A DNA stretch of 64,000 nucleotides from Psammoneis japonica (lineage: Eukaryota): assembly GCA_008632985.1 (NCBI GenBank), contig QPGO01000079.1, forward strand, positions 124,001-188,000, given 5' to 3'. A program made the translations under genes and the position numbers. This document shows positions 23,790-37,512 of this stretch, piece by piece; positions within the stretch are counted from its first letter, which is position 1; every line of letters begins with the position of its first letter. The notes under the pieces were generated by a model. The model did no database searches. It was given only the letters and a program-made list of their open reading frames with translations, and had not been told where the DNA came from.

Positions 23790-24950
23790 GCAGGAATCAG
23801 GAGCGACACACTTGGATGACAGCTCTTCAAGCTCATTGGGTCAGTGTCGACCACGTCCCGAGAAGCGACCACCAGGCCGAAAACTTCCCGCTCCACCTCG
23901 ACACTCACGAGGCCCTCCCATGGAATCAAGATGATGGCTTTCAGCAGACCAATCATTGGGAGGAGCCATTCTGGCCGGATTGCCACAACCGCCGCCATCT
24001 GCATTGGTTCGGGTGTCGTTTTGATGTTGCATGCAGGAGCCACCATCTTCATGATGCTCGCCGCTGTTGCCACCAGAATTGCAGTTTCCTCGACCGCCAC
24101 AATTTCCTTGGCCACCACCACGACCTTGACAGCCACGGCCTTGCCAACCACGACCTTGATTTCCGCCAGTGCATCATTTCCAATCATGCGTCCTGCTCTT
24201 GTGCACATCTCGTGCCACGACAGAGGGAAGCCATCGAAAATCATCTTCTTCTTTTGGTTCTGAGCAATGACTGGATTGTTTCCCGGCAACTTGTTTGTGT
24301 GTCGCACCAAAGTTTCCATTCGATCTGCGTGTGCCTGTGCTTCAACGTCGTGCGGCTTTTTAAGAGCAAGCAAGCATTCATTTGTCGTGTCACGAGCTTC
24401 AATTTCACAACACGACAAATAAAAACGAGCCAACTCTTGGTCGAAACGAGCTGCCATCTTCTGCGCATCCGGAATCGCCATGGTGAGATTGGACCATTTG
24501 TCTTCAGCTGCATCCATCAACACTTCTTCAAAATTGTCAAACAATTCTTCTCCTGCAGTGAATTCGAGTTTTGCAGCCAGTTTACGAAAATGATCTTCCA
24601 CAAACAACAACGCTTCAATTCCATTGCTTCCGTCAAAACAAGGGCACTTTTTCGTACGCGTGCCACCATCATCATGCGGTTGAGTCAATTTTACGAGTTC
24701 CAAATCCGAATGAGCAAATTTCGCAGCATGCAAAATGCACGGTTCCTTGAGGCTCTCGTGATCACTCATCAGGCCAAGTTGGTCCACCAAGAAACTGTTT
24801 CAAGCACTCTACCTTCGATTCGAGTTGTGCTGCCCAATTCACCAAATCCTGTTTGCGTTGTTTTCGTGTCTCCTTTTCTCGTTTTTGTTCCAAAGCCCAA
24901 TTCGCTGCCTTCGCTCTCAAAGTTCTTTTCTCTTGTTTCGCAAGCCTGTC
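23790..24950 (-). pseudogene. gag: Gypsy gag, degenerate
   Basis: ORF 23699-24790 lies between the 5' LTR and the protease, with a Gly/Arg/Asn-rich C-terminal part in shifted frames. Confidence 0.7.
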
Positions 24951-24996
24951 AGTTGTGTTGTTGTTTCTCATTCAGCTCTTTACAATCGACTGCAAT

Positions 24997-25185
24997 TGCA
25001 GTGCAAGCTCAAGCTGAGGTTGATGTCAAAACAAAGAAGTGAGCAGACCAAAGAGAGGGAGAGCCCAAGCATCAGCGAACGCTGGCGAGTGCTGGCGAGT
25101 GCTGGCAAGCCCTCTCAAACGGCTGCATCAATCTAATGTCCAAAATTAATGCTGTGTGTCAGAAGTGTGCGAGTGAGTTGCTGCA
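24997..25185 (-). repeat. 5' LTR (189 bp, TG...CA, with a 10-bp internal duplication)
   Basis: Direct repeat of 19978-20156. Confidence 0.92.
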
Positions 25186-28170
25186 CGTAAAATGGGGTCA
25201 TGTGACAAAATTTTGGTCTTGTCACAATGCCTTGATGCCTAAATCTTGCCATTTTCCAACATGATTTTGGAACAACTAGTTCAAGAGCCGGGCTCGGTCT
25301 CATCAGGAGGCCTTCAATGCACGCATCAAGAACTTCGCATGCCTTTCGGCGACGTTTTGCCATGGCATCAAAAGGCATCGACAATGCTTTGAGGCCGTGC
25401 AGTGGAGATTGGCAACACCAGGTGGAATGTGGCTCACCCCTCTTTGACATGTAGAGTGTGTGACATCACATCAAGATGTTTCCAGTCATTGACATTTGAC
25501 AAATGACTTTCCACGATGAGCAGTCATTGATGACTTTCCACGACATTAATGACTTTCCACGATGGCATCGTGGAAAGCAAAGACTTTCCATGACAGCATT
25601 GAATCGTGGAATGCTTTCCACGATGCGACTGCCTTCCATTGAATTGTGACTGCATCAAACATTCGTTGCACACAGCAATTGAATGTGTTTGAATTGTCTG
25701 GGCAGAAAGCATTTTTTCAACGGACAGTGAGAGGGCAACATGTGGATTCAAATGTCCTGTTCACGCAATCCCACAGTAGATTCTATGCTGAGAAGTGCGA
25801 GCATGCCCAGTGCGACACTCAACATGCTTTCCACGCTTTTGCGGTGACTTCCTGTGCCGCTTCAACGCAAAAAAGAAGGCCCTGATGCGCGTGTGGAACT
25901 TTCATTGAGGACAAACATGCGCCAGTGTCTAAGACAGTTTGTGCAACCTGTGCATGACCAACAACGAACAAAAGCAGTCAACAACATCACTTGCAGGTCG
26001 TTGCGATGACATCAACACCAGCAGGGATTCCAGCTGGCAATTGACGAGGCACACGAGGGAAATGGAGGAGCAAGTTGTGTTGGACGTGCTTCCAGATGAT
26101 GAGTCACTTGACGATGGGTCTCCCGATGAGGAAACACCTGAAGCCAAGCACAAAAAAAGCCAGGCAATCGCCCCTTCCCCTTGCCAACACTGCATGGCTC
26201 CAACATTGTTCTACTTGGATTTGGTGACCTCAACAAACTCCTTCAACATCGCCAAAACGCACTCTCTTTTTGGAAACAATCTTGAGGCCCATGTGCACTG
26301 GTGCTGCGAAAAACTTCTCAAACTTGTCATCCAAAAAAGAAAGAAGTGCCCAAGCAACCTGCAACGGACTCAGCACCTGAAGTGATCAACATTGCTTGTC
26401 ATTCGCAGCTCTTCTAGAATCGAAAAATCAACCTTTCTAGCCCACTTCATTGGCCGCACTCGCTCCGGGTGAATGCTTTGCAAATGTTGCCACAATTTTG
26501 CGGTCGAAAAGTGCTCCAAGATGGTCATGGGCGATCCAATCCCATCTGATCCCATCCAAAACAATGTGCTGCATTGTGCTGAATGGCACAACTGTTTTGT
26601 CGAGGGAAACTGCGGCCATGTGTCAAACCATTTGGCACGACATTCACCCCAGATGGACTTCATCATTGTGGATGGCTGCTGCACACCCTTTGCTTTAAAT
26701 GACTTTTCTGGACCTCTCATTGCAGAAGGGTCACCGAGCTTGTGCGTGAAGAATCTGACAGATTTGCATGTTGGTCATTTTATTTTGACAATGCTGGTGC
26801 TGGATGAAGAGGCATTTGAGATTGGCAACATGCTTGGGGTGAAAAATGTGTGGCAGAAGAAAGTTTGGAAGTGCATGACAGGAATTGCTTGCTGTCTTTT
26901 AGAGTCCGGCTTTGCAAAGCAGAAAGCAAAAGAGGCTGTGGACAAGGTGAGTGCATCACGCATTGCCAAAATGGCATCAATGCAGGCTTCAGACTGAGCC
27001 AAAAATCGAGTCATGGTGCACTCTCATCCTTTGGAACATTGGTGGCGATTGCTTGGCGACTCCAAGCTTTGCATTGGTTTCCTGTTTTGCTGAGAAGTTG
27101 GCAGCCAAGAAACTGTGTTCCAAGGTGGCTTTGCACTGTGCTTGAAGAACAAGTGTGAACGAAAGTAGAACAAAGTGTGAAAAGTGGAAATTGTGAGATT
27201 AAATTTTGCTCTGTGATTTTTGGTTTCTCTGAATCATGAGTTCTCAATGGCCTGAAGCTTTTGCACTGCTTCTGCAGACAAAAGGCCTTTCGGAGAATGC
27301 AGCCGTGACAACAGATTGTCCAGATGCAATTGCCATTGATGCGCAAGATGTCAACATTGCCATTCGATTGCATTTGCAATTTTCAACTTCCTGTCAACTC
27401 TGTGTGATCATTCTGTCCTTTGCATGCATCCACGATTGTGGCACGATTGACATGTGTGTGATGCACTGTTGCACACATGGCCTGTTCCAGCTCCAGGTGC
27501 TCCGCTTTTCATCACGCTAGATTTTCTACGCAGTTTTCAGTGCCAGACATTTTTGTCTCCACCCGGCAGAGCTCGCACTTTTGGGCTTTGTGCAAACATT
27601 GATTGTTTTGATGACGTGACACATTCATGATGTCAATGCTCATGTGCAACAACTGAGGTGCATTGTGCGTCACAGGAAGAATCGTGTCAGTTGGCATTTG
27701 ATGTTTTCTGGCAATGCGCGGAACAATGCTGACTTCTACGAACACGTGCCGTCCACCCAACACACACCAGCCACAAACGCAGCACACCACTGTCACCACT
27801 CCACAACCCCATCTTTGCCCTTGCGGTTGTGTGGAACCGCCTGCTCCTTTCACTTCAAAGTTACATCATTGTTGTCGCAGTGCAATTGCGGCTCTGAAGA
27901 GTTGCTGTCATTGCGGATGACACCATCTCTTTGCATTCTCTCGTTTCGAATTCGGCAAGTCATTCCATCGTGTTGTTTTTTTGCACGTCACCGCGCGCCT
28001 GCATTTTTCTGGTTGCTTCTCACGTGTCGTTTTATGGTTGTTTTGCACCAGGGCCTTCGGAGCTTCTACAAAACTCAAGCATTCGCCCTGGCGTTCTCCG
28101 AGTGACAGTTTCCACTGGAACAAACTTGTCTTGGTTTGTTTTCACTGTGATGCTTGCTGTTTGTGCTTTT

Positions 28171-28400
28171 CAGCATCTGGAGCTGCCTTGGAGGCTGCCT
28201 CTGTTCATCCGCATCACTTTCGCGGTGACTGACGTTGGCCCCCTCTCTGGAGTGCATTTGTCGCACAAGCAGGAGCGCAGCTTGCTGTTTGACACTTTTC
28301 AGCATCTGGAACTGCCTCAGAGGCTGCCTCTGTTCATCCGCATCACTTTCGCGGTGACTGACGTTGGCCCCCTCTCTGGAGTGCATTTGTCGTACAAACA
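28171..28400 (+). repeat. 129-bp-period local duplication at the head of the tandem array
   Basis: CAGCATCTGGA.CTGCCT..GAGGCTGCCTCTGTTCATCCGCATC at 28171 and 28300. Confidence 0.85.
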
Positions 28401-31400
28401 GGAGTGCAAAAGCAGTGCATTCGCCATGGACATGTTGGCCAAAGTAGCCTCCCAACAGCGTCCCGTTGGCGGCAGTTCTCCTCAAGCTAACGATGCATCT
28501 TCCAGCACGTTGAAGGTTTCCTTTTGCATCCAGCATTGCGTCAAGGCACTCGCGGAACATTGCCCACCGCAGGGCAAAGCCAAAACTTGGCACACTGCGC
28601 CTCTCCAAGATGCAGTTGATCCCCTTGAGTGCCCTCAAGGTCTTGTAGATTTGAGCATCTTGACCACAGAAGATCGTGGAACAAAGAAGACGAGCCCTCT
28701 CTTTCATGTTCTTCATCACAAGAATGGTTTGGATGGGTTCAACAGTGCCAAAACACGGAACACATTCCGCAACACTGTTGTCGATTGGTTTTGTGAAAAA
28801 ATTTAACTCCGAGAATCAACCGCAACTGAACCAATGCATCAAGGACAAGAACCAGCACCTCTTGATGTTGGTTGTGGTGCCATCAGGAATGTGATGAGGG
28901 ATGCCGTGAAGGACAAGCAAAACATTGCTGCTGTTTTGATGTGCCGTGTCAAGACAAACATTGGCCTGCTTGTTGATTACGTCCATGTGACAGAGTCTCC
29001 GGTTGTGTCAGTTGGGATGGGCGATGAGAGTCAATCGATCGTGCCGTCGAGTTGAGGTGCATGTCCTTTTTTGATTGGACTTGCCCAAGCCATTTGCCAT
29101 GGTGTTGTCAAGAAGATGGATGCATGTCTTCATTGTCAGAAGACTTTGAAGTCTCATTGCATGGGAGTGATGGGTTTTGAGGACATCACGGACACCATGA
29201 GTGATCGTTCCGATCTGGCAGACATCCGCAAGCACTGGGACTGGGATGATCTCATGATGAATGATCAAGGCAACACTGTTGCCCTGTGTGCAAAGGAGAG
29301 GATTACTCCAATGAGCTCTGCAATTGTTTTGGCATTGCCTCATTCCAGCGCCGAGCATCAGAACGTTGCAACAGAGATCCGCAAGGACAAAGACTGTTGG
29401 GAGGAACCGCTTGTTGAAGGAGGATGCATTGCTGATCATTCGTGCATTGCCAAGCGCTGATTCCACTTGGCATCTTTGGTCAACATTCAAAACCTAGAAT
29501 TGCACAATGATGAAAAGTCGACCCAAGATTTAAAGATGCATGCGTGGCTGCCTTTTGGCGAGGTCATGTTTCAAAGTTGGTGGCAAATTAAGTCTCCAAA
29601 GGGGGTGAAGAACAATTTTGAAATGTTGGCTTTGAAGGGGTTGGACATCAAGTTCAAATGTGAAACAAGATCTCCCGTTCTATCTGCAAAACGTCACTGG
29701 GGTTCAATCTGCAACCATTGCTCTGTTCCAAACGAAATCGCTCAGAGGAAGCAGGTGGACGAAAAGCCACGTCAAAAACCACGCATCAGCTATGAGAAGT
29801 TGAAGAAGCCCATTGTGGATCACAGTGACGATTGTGTTTTTCATGACGAGTGTTGCAAAAGGGAGAAGCTTGAACAGTCGGATGATGACATGCAGGAAGA
29901 TCCCTGCATTCCCGAACTTCCCACCAACGCACCACACAAAGTGCTCATGAGTTGCCCGAGTGGCTGCCGGAGGATTTTCTCATTTGGGCCATTTGAACCC
30001 GATGACAGACTGCCATCCGAGGCCTTGTTTGACGCCATTGTGGGTTGGTGGCACAACCATGCATTGCAGATTACCTCTGGTGGGGAATGCATCTGGAACT
30101 GCCTCAGAGGCTGCCTCTGTTCATCCACATCACTTTCGCGGCAACTGACGTTGGCCCCCTCTCTGGAGTGCATTTGTCGCACAAACAGGAGTGCAAAAGC
30201 AGTGCATTCGCCATGGACATGTTGGCCAAAGCAGCCTCCCAACAGCGTCCCGTTGGCAGCAGTTCTCCTCAAGCTAATGATGCATCTTCCAGCACGTTGA
30301 AGGTTTCCTTTTGCATCCAGCGTTGCGTCGAGGCACTCGCGGAACATTGCCCACCGCAGGGCAAAGCCAAAACTTGGCACACTGCACCTCTCCAAGATGC
30401 AGTTGATCCCCTTGAGTGCCCTCAAGGTCTTGTAGATTTGAGCATCTTGACCACAGAAGATCGTGGAACAAAGAAGACGAGCCCTCTCTTTCATGTTCTT
30501 CATCACAAGAATGGTTTGGATGGGTTCAACAGTGCCAAAACACGGAACACATTCCGCAACACTGTTGTCGATTGGTTTTGTGAAAAATTTAACTCCGAGA
30601 ATCAACCGCAACTGAACCAATGCATCAAGGACAAGAACCAGCACCTCTTGATGTTGGTTGTGGTGCCATCAGGAATGTTGATGAGGGATGCCGTGAAGGA
30701 CAAGCAAAACATTGCTGCTGTTTTGATGTGCCGTGTCAAGACAAACATTGGCCTGCTTGTTGATTACGTCCATGTGACAGAGTCTCCGGTTGTGTCAGTT
30801 GGGATGGGCGATGAGAGTCAATCGATCGTGCCGTTGAGTTGAGGTGGCATGTCCTTTTTTGATTGGACTTGCCCAAGCCATTTGCCATGGTGTTGTCAAG
30901 AAGATGGATGCATGTCTTCATTGTCAGAAGACTTTGAAGTCTCATTGCATGGGAGTGATGGGTTTTGAGGACATCACGGACACCATGAGTGATTGTTCCG
31001 ATCTGGCAGACATCCGCAAGCACTGGGACTGGGATGATCTCATGATGAATGATCAAGGCAACACTGTTGCCCTGTGTGCAAAGGAGAGGATTACTCCAAT
31101 GAGCTCTGCAATTGTTTTGGCATTGCCTCATTCCAGCGCCGAGCATCAGAACGTTGCAACAGAGATCCGCAAGGACAAAGACTGTTGGGAGGAACCGCTT
31201 GTTGAAGGAGGATGCATTGCTGATCATTCGTGCATTGCCAAGCGCCGATTCCACTTGGCATCTTTGGTCAACATTCAAAACCTAGAATCGCACGATGATG
31301 AAAAGTCGACCCAAGATTTAAAGATGCATGCGTGGCTGCCTTTTGGCGAGGTCGTGTTTCAAAGTTGGCAGCAAATTAAGTCTCCAAAGGGGGTGAAGAA

Positions 31401-34400
31401 CAATTTTGAAATGTTGGCTTTGAAGGGGTTGGACGTCAAGTTCAAATGTGAAACAAGATCTCCCATTCTATCTGCAAAACGTCACTGGGGTTCAATCTGC
31501 AACCATCGCTCTGTTCCAAACGAAATCGCTCAGAGGAAGCAGGTGGATGAAAAGCCATGTCAAAAACCACGCATCAGCTGTGAGAAGTTGAAGAAGCCCA
31601 TTGTGGATCACAGTGACGATTGTGTTTTTCATGACGAGTGTTGCAAAAGGGAGAAGCTTGAACAGTCGGATGATGACATGCATGAAGATCCCTGCATTCC
31701 CGAACTTCCCACCAACGCACCACACAAAGTGCTCATGAGTTGCCCGAGTGGCTGCCGGAGGATTTTCTCATTTGGGCCATTTGAACCCGATGACAGACTG
31801 CCATCCGAGGCCTTGTTTGACACCATTGTGGGTTGGCGGCACAACCATGCATTGCAGATTACCTCTGGTGGGGAATGCATCTGGAACTGCCTCAGAGGCT
31901 GCCTCTGTTCATCCGCATCACTTTCGCGGTGACTGACGTTGGCCCCCTCTCTGGAGTGCATTTGTCACACAAACAGGAGTGCAACAGCAGTGCATTCGCC
32001 ATGGACATGTTGGCCAAAGCAGCCTCCCAACAGCGTCCCGTTGGCAGCAGTTCTCCTCAAGCTAACGATGCATCTTCCAGCACGTTGAAGGTTTCCTTTT
32101 GCATCCAGCGTTGCGTCGAGGCACTCGCGGAACATTGCCCACCGCAGGGCAAAGCCAAAACTTGGCACACTGCGCCTCTCCAAGATGCAGTTGATCCCCT
32201 TGAGTGCCCTCAAGGTCTTGTAGATTTGAGCATCTTGACCACAGAAGATCGTGGAACAAAGAAGACGAGCCCTCTCTTTCATGTTCTTCATCACAAGAAT
32301 GGTTTGGATGGGTTCAACAGTGCCAAAACACGGAACACATTCCGCAACACTGTTGTCGATTGGTTTTGTGAAAAATTTAACTCCGAGAATCAACCGCAAC
32401 TGAACCAATGCATCAAGGACAAGAACCAGCACCTCTTGATGTTGGTTGTGGTGCCATCAGGAATGTTGATGAGGGATGCCGTGAAGGACAAGCAAAACAT
32501 TGCTGCTGTTTTGATGTGCCGTGTCAAGACAAACATTGGCCTGCTTGTTGATTACGTCCATGTGACAGAGTCTCCGGTTGTGTCAGTTGGGATGGGCGAT
32601 GAGAGTCAATCGATCGTGCCGTCGAGTTGAGGTGCATGTCCTTTTTTGATTGGACTTGCCCAAGCCATTTGCCATGGTGTTGTCAAGAAGATGGATGCAT
32701 GTCTTCATTGTCAGAAGACTTTGAAGTCTCATTGCATGGGAGTGATGGGTTTTGAGGACATCACGGACACCATGAGTGATCGTTCCGATCTGGCAGACAT
32801 CCGCAAGCACTGGGACTGGGATGATCTCATGATGAATGATCAAGGCAACACTGTTGCCCTGTGTGCAAAGGAGAGGATTACTCCAATGAGCTCTGCAATT
32901 GTTTTGGCATTGCCTCATTCCAGCGCCGAGCATCAGAACGTTGCAACAGAGATCCGCAAGGACAAAGACTGTTGGGAGGAACCGCTTGTTGAAGGAGGAT
33001 GCATTGCTGATCATTCATGCATTGCCAAGTGCCGATTCCACTTGGCATCTTTGGTCAACATTCAAAACCTAGAATCGCACGATGATGAAAAGTCGACCCA
33101 AGATTTAAAGATGCATGCGTGGCTGCCTTTTGGCGAGGTCGTGTTTCAAAGTTGGCGGCAAATTAAGTCTCCAAAGGGGGTGAAGAACAATTTTGAAATG
33201 TTGGCTTTGAAGGGGTTGGACGTCAAGTTCAAATGTGAAACAAGATCTCCCGTTCTATCTGCAAAACGTCACTGGGGTTCAATCTGCAACCATCGCTCTG
33301 TTCCAAACGAAATCGCTCAGAGGAAGCAGGTGGACGAAAAGCCACGTCAAAAACCACGCATCAGCTGTGAGAAGTTGAAGAAGCCCATTGTGGATCACAG
33401 TGACGATTGTGTTTTTCATGACGAGTGTTGCAAAAGGGAGAAGCTTGAACAGTCGGATGATGACATGCAGGAAGATCCCTGCATTCCCGAACTTCCCACC
33501 AACGCACCACACAAAGTGCTCATGAGTTGCCCGAGTGGCTGCCGGAGGATTTTCTCATTTGGGCCATTTGAACCCGATGACAGACTGCCATCCGAGGCCT
33601 TGTTTGACACCATTGTGGGTTGGTGGTGCAACCATGCATTGCAGATTACCTCTGGTGGGGAATGCATCTGGAACTGCCTCAGAGGCTGCCTCTGTTCATC
33701 CGCATCACTTTCGCGGTAACTGACGTTGGCCCCCTCTCTGGAGTGCATTTGTCACACAAACAGGAGTGCAACAGCAGTGCATTTGCCATGGACATGTTGG
33801 CCAAAGCAGCCTCCCAACAGCGTCCCGTTGGCAGCAGTTCTCCTCAAGCTAACGATGCATCTTCCAGCACGTTGAAGGTTTCCTTTTGCATCCAGCGTTG
33901 CGTCGAGGCACTCGCGGAACATTGCCCACCGCAGGGCAAAGCCAAAACTTGGCACACTGCGCCTCTCCAAGATGCAGTTGATCCCCTTGAGTGCCCTCAA
34001 GGTCTTGTAGATTTGAGCATCTTGACCACAGAAGATCATGGAACAAAGAAGACGAGCCCTCTCTTTCATGTTCTTCATCACAAGAATGGTTTGGATGGGT
34101 TCAACAGTGCCAAAACACGGAACACATTCCGCAACACTGTTGTCGATTGGTTTTGTGAAAAATTTAACTCCGAGAATCAACCGCAACCAAACCAATGCAT
34201 CAAGGACAAGAACCAGCACCTCTTGATGTTGGTTGTGGTGCCATCAGGAATGTTGATGAGGGATGCCGTGAAGGACAAGCAAAACATTGCTGCTGTTTTG
34301 ATGTGCCGTGTCAAGACAAACATTGGCCTGCTTGTTGATTACGTCCATGTGACAGAGTCTCCGGTTGTGTCAGTTGGGACGGGCGATGAGAGTCAATCGA

Positions 34401-35450
34401 TCGTGCCATCGAGTCGAGGTGCATGTCCTTTTTTGACTGGACTTGCCCAAGCCATTTGCCATGGTGTTGTCAAGAAGATGGATGCATGTCTTCATTGTCA
34501 GAAGACTTTGAAGTCTCATTGCATGGGAGTGATGGGTTTTGAGGACATCATGGACACCATGAGTGATCGTTCCGATCTGGCAGACATCCGCAAGCACTGG
34601 GACTGGGATGATCTCATGATGAATGATCAAGGCAACACTGTTGCCCTGTGTGCAAAGGAGAGGATTACTCCAATGAGCTCTGCAATTGTTTTGGCATTGC
34701 CTCATTCCAGCGCCGAGCATCAGAACGTTGCAACAGAGATCCGCAAGGACAAAGACTGTTGGGAGGATCCGCTTGTTGAAGGAGGATGCATTGCTGATCA
34801 TTCGTGCATTGCCAAGCACCGATTCCACTTGGCATCTTTGGTCAACATTCAAAACCCAGAATCGCACGATGATGAAAAGTCGACCCAAGATTTAAAGACG
34901 CATGCGTGGCTGCCTTTTGGCGAGGTCGTGTTTCAAAGTTGGCGGCAAATTAAGTCTCCAAAGGGGGTGAAGAACAATTTTGAAATGTTGGCTTTGAAGG
35001 GGTTGGACGTCAAGTTCAAATGTGAAACAAGATCTCCCGTTCTATCTGCAAAACAGCACTGGGGTTCAATCTGCAACCATCGCTCTGTTCCAAACAAAAT
35101 CGCTCAGAGGAAGCAGGTGGATGAAAAGCTGCATCAAAAACCACGCATCAGCTGTGAGAAGTTGAAGAAGCCCATTGTGGATCACAGCGACGATCACGTT
35201 TTTCATGACGAGCATTGCAAAAGGGAGAAGCTTGAACAGTCAGATGATGACATGCAGGAAGATCCCTGCATTCCCGAACTTCCCACCAATGCACCACACA
35301 AAGTGCTCATGAGTTGCACGAGTGGCTGCCGGAGGATTTTCTCATTTGGGCCATTCGACCCCGATGACAGACTGCCATCCGCGGCCTTGTTTGACATCAT
35401 TGCAGGTTGGTGGTGCAACCATGTGTTGCAGATTGCCTCTGATGGTGAGT
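28302..35450 (+). repeat. Tandem array of four ~1787-bp near-identical units
   Basis: Unit starts GCATCTGGAACTGCCTCAGAGG at 28302, 30089, 31877 and 33664. Matching ORF translations recur with the same period. Confidence 0.97.
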
Positions 35451-37500
35451 GCAGAGGCACCACTTGTCCGCCGGAGCAGTGGTGCAAGCCTTTCAAGCCA
35501 CAATGACACTCCGAGTTAGTGGAGGCCATCGCCAAAGACAAACAAATGATTGAAGTCCACTTCCCTGCCGGACCAACCAGGAAGGATTGTTTCAGAGAGC
35601 CGCTTGCTCACCTTGCTGATTGGTGCAAGGCAGCTCCTGGACTTGCATGGCACAAGTTTTGCAGAAGGATTCATTGCCATCGTTGCATGCATCATGCTGG
35701 TGCTCGTGATGCAGGGTTGAAGGAAGAGGTGGAGGAGGAGGAAGAGGAAGAGGGGAAGGAGGGCACTGAAGAGACGGATGACCTGCAAAAGGCCAAGGCT
35801 GGCACTGCAAGGTTGCAACTGCAAGACAAAAACCAGGAGGAGGAAGATGGAGCCATGGATTAATCGCCTGAGGAAGAGGAGGAAGATGGGGTGATGGAAC
35901 AATCACCTGAGGAAGAGGAGGAAGATGACGGTGTGCAAGACGAAATCCAGGAGGAGCAAGATCCAGAGGAAACTGAGGACGAGGAGGACAATGAATGCAA
36001 GGAAGAAGTTTCTGCGGCTGCAGAAGAGAAGAGGGAGAAAGCCAAGACTGCTGAAGAGAAGAGGGAGAAAGCCAAGGCAGCCAAAGAGAAGAGGGAGAAA
36101 GCCAAGGCTGCAAGAGACAAGAGGGAGAAAGCCCCAGCTGCAGAAGAGAAGTGGGAGATGGTGGGAGACGCTGGATGCAGATGTTCACATCAGACCTTGA
36201 AAGACACAACTGGAGTGCACAAGGATGAGGATCTCATTGGCCTTTGCAGCTCTGTCCCGAAACCAAGGCCAAAAGGAGACATTTCATGGCGTCGGTTGAC
36301 CAAAGCGCAGCGACACCAAGAAGAAAGGGATCGACTCGAGCGTGAGTGCGAAGATGCTCAAGTGATGTTGCAGGTTAAAAAACTCATTTGGATTGATCCA
36401 AGCAAATGGAACAGCCGGCGTCAGCATCCTGGCGATTCCAAAGGAGACGTTCCTCACTTGTTTGGTTGCTTTGAAGGGAAAAACAAGGGCGTCATGTTGT
36501 GCGAACCATGGTTTGATGCGCGATGCAATGAAATGAACGGCCATCCCATGAACACGTGCGCGAGCCTCATCACACGTGCCAAACACAAACCAAACGTTCC
36601 CCAGCAACTCAATCGAAAATGCAGGGACGAGATTAAGAACAAGGTGGAACCGATTTGCAACCCACCACAGATTGCCAAACTGAAGAGATTGACTGAAGCA
36701 GAGATTCAAAAACTTCCACCTGTTGGGCATGGAGCTGATTTCATTGGTCGCAGCTTGGAGGGGAACAGTCCCACGCATGTAACCCTGGATTGGGCTGAGT
36801 GCAATTTTAAGTTTCAGTTTCCAGATGTGTGGAAAGATTTGAAAGAATTGAAGCCATCGGATGGTTGTTGCTCCTTGCCGGAAGGAAGCGTGTTGATGCC
36901 ATCGAACAGCAACTTGCCGACGAGCGGTCCACCCATGAAATTCCTGCAAGGACAAAACGACACTTGCATTTTTTCCTCCCTGGCCAGTGTTCTTGATTGT
37001 GCTGGCGACATGGAAATGAGAGACTACATTGCTTCTCACATTCAAACATCTGCCAACTGTGCTGACACTAACAACAAGTGCATGTTGTTTGCAAAGAACA
37101 TGTTGAACGGTCGTTTGAAGGGAAAATTCCCGCCTGAGAACTCAAACATGAAGTTTTGCGGCAGTGTGGATCAAACGATTTCCCTTGCAGCAGGTGGTGA
37201 ATTTGATGTGACAACCTGCAATGATGACTTCATAACTTTGTGCCGTCTTGTGAACAACCACTGCATTGCCTTGCACCGTGGATGGATCTTTGACTCCAAC
37301 CACCCTTTTGCATTGCCAGCAAAGGACATCAAGTGTTTCAATTGGTGTCTTGGGAACGAGGAACATGAGGTGAAACACAAGGCAAAAAAGCATCTGCAAC
37401 AAGTGTTCATGGTGCACCAGTTCGAACTTCCCAGGGCGGTGCAGCAGAAGTTGCATGCAAAAAGGAAAGCTTTTGTGTTGGATGGCCAATCTAGTTGCGC
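33664..37500 (+). pseudogene. Large cargo gene relic: GNAT-like segment, acidic/EK-repeat linker, C-terminal papain-like Cys-His-Asp motif set
   Basis: ORFs 33620-35506, 35519-35863 and 35891-37720 lie in one frame. Motifs VDYVHV..RGAcPFL.GLAQ..cLHC..LKShc..MGF; QGQNDTC...NHCIALHRGWIFDSN. Confidence 0.5.
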
Positions 37501-37512
37501 GACATTGCCATT

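Larger units (their letters stand above)
19978..25185 (-). mobile_element. Full-length Ty3/Gypsy LTR retrotransposon, inactivated
   Basis: LTRs at 19978-20156 and 24997-25185, 4-bp TSD CGTA (19974-19977, 25186-25189), polypurine tract next to the 3' LTR, and gag-PR-RT-RH-IN order on the minus strand. Confidence 0.95.
19597..25852. mobile_element. Non-autonomous TIR element (~1.05 kb without the nested Gypsy)
   Basis: 26-bp inverted repeat GGAAGTC(G/A)CCGCAAAAGCGTGGAAAG at 19597-19622 and 25827-25852. More than 10 internal (G)ACTTTCCACGAT motifs in both orientations at ~19834-19950 and ~25505-25625. No TSD found. Confidence 0.7.

Noticed and set aside
24960..24996. tRNA primer-binding site of the Gypsy element
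   Set aside because: No TGG-starting tRNA complement is recognisable next to the 5' LTR
19978..25185. ADAR-type RNA hyper-editing fixed by reverse transcription
   Set aside because: Changes are on both strands, differ between the two LTRs, and also affect DNA transposons, MITEs and spacer DNA
28302..35450. Classical RIP
   Set aside because: RIP enriches TpA and creates TAA/TAG stops, and the opposite is seen
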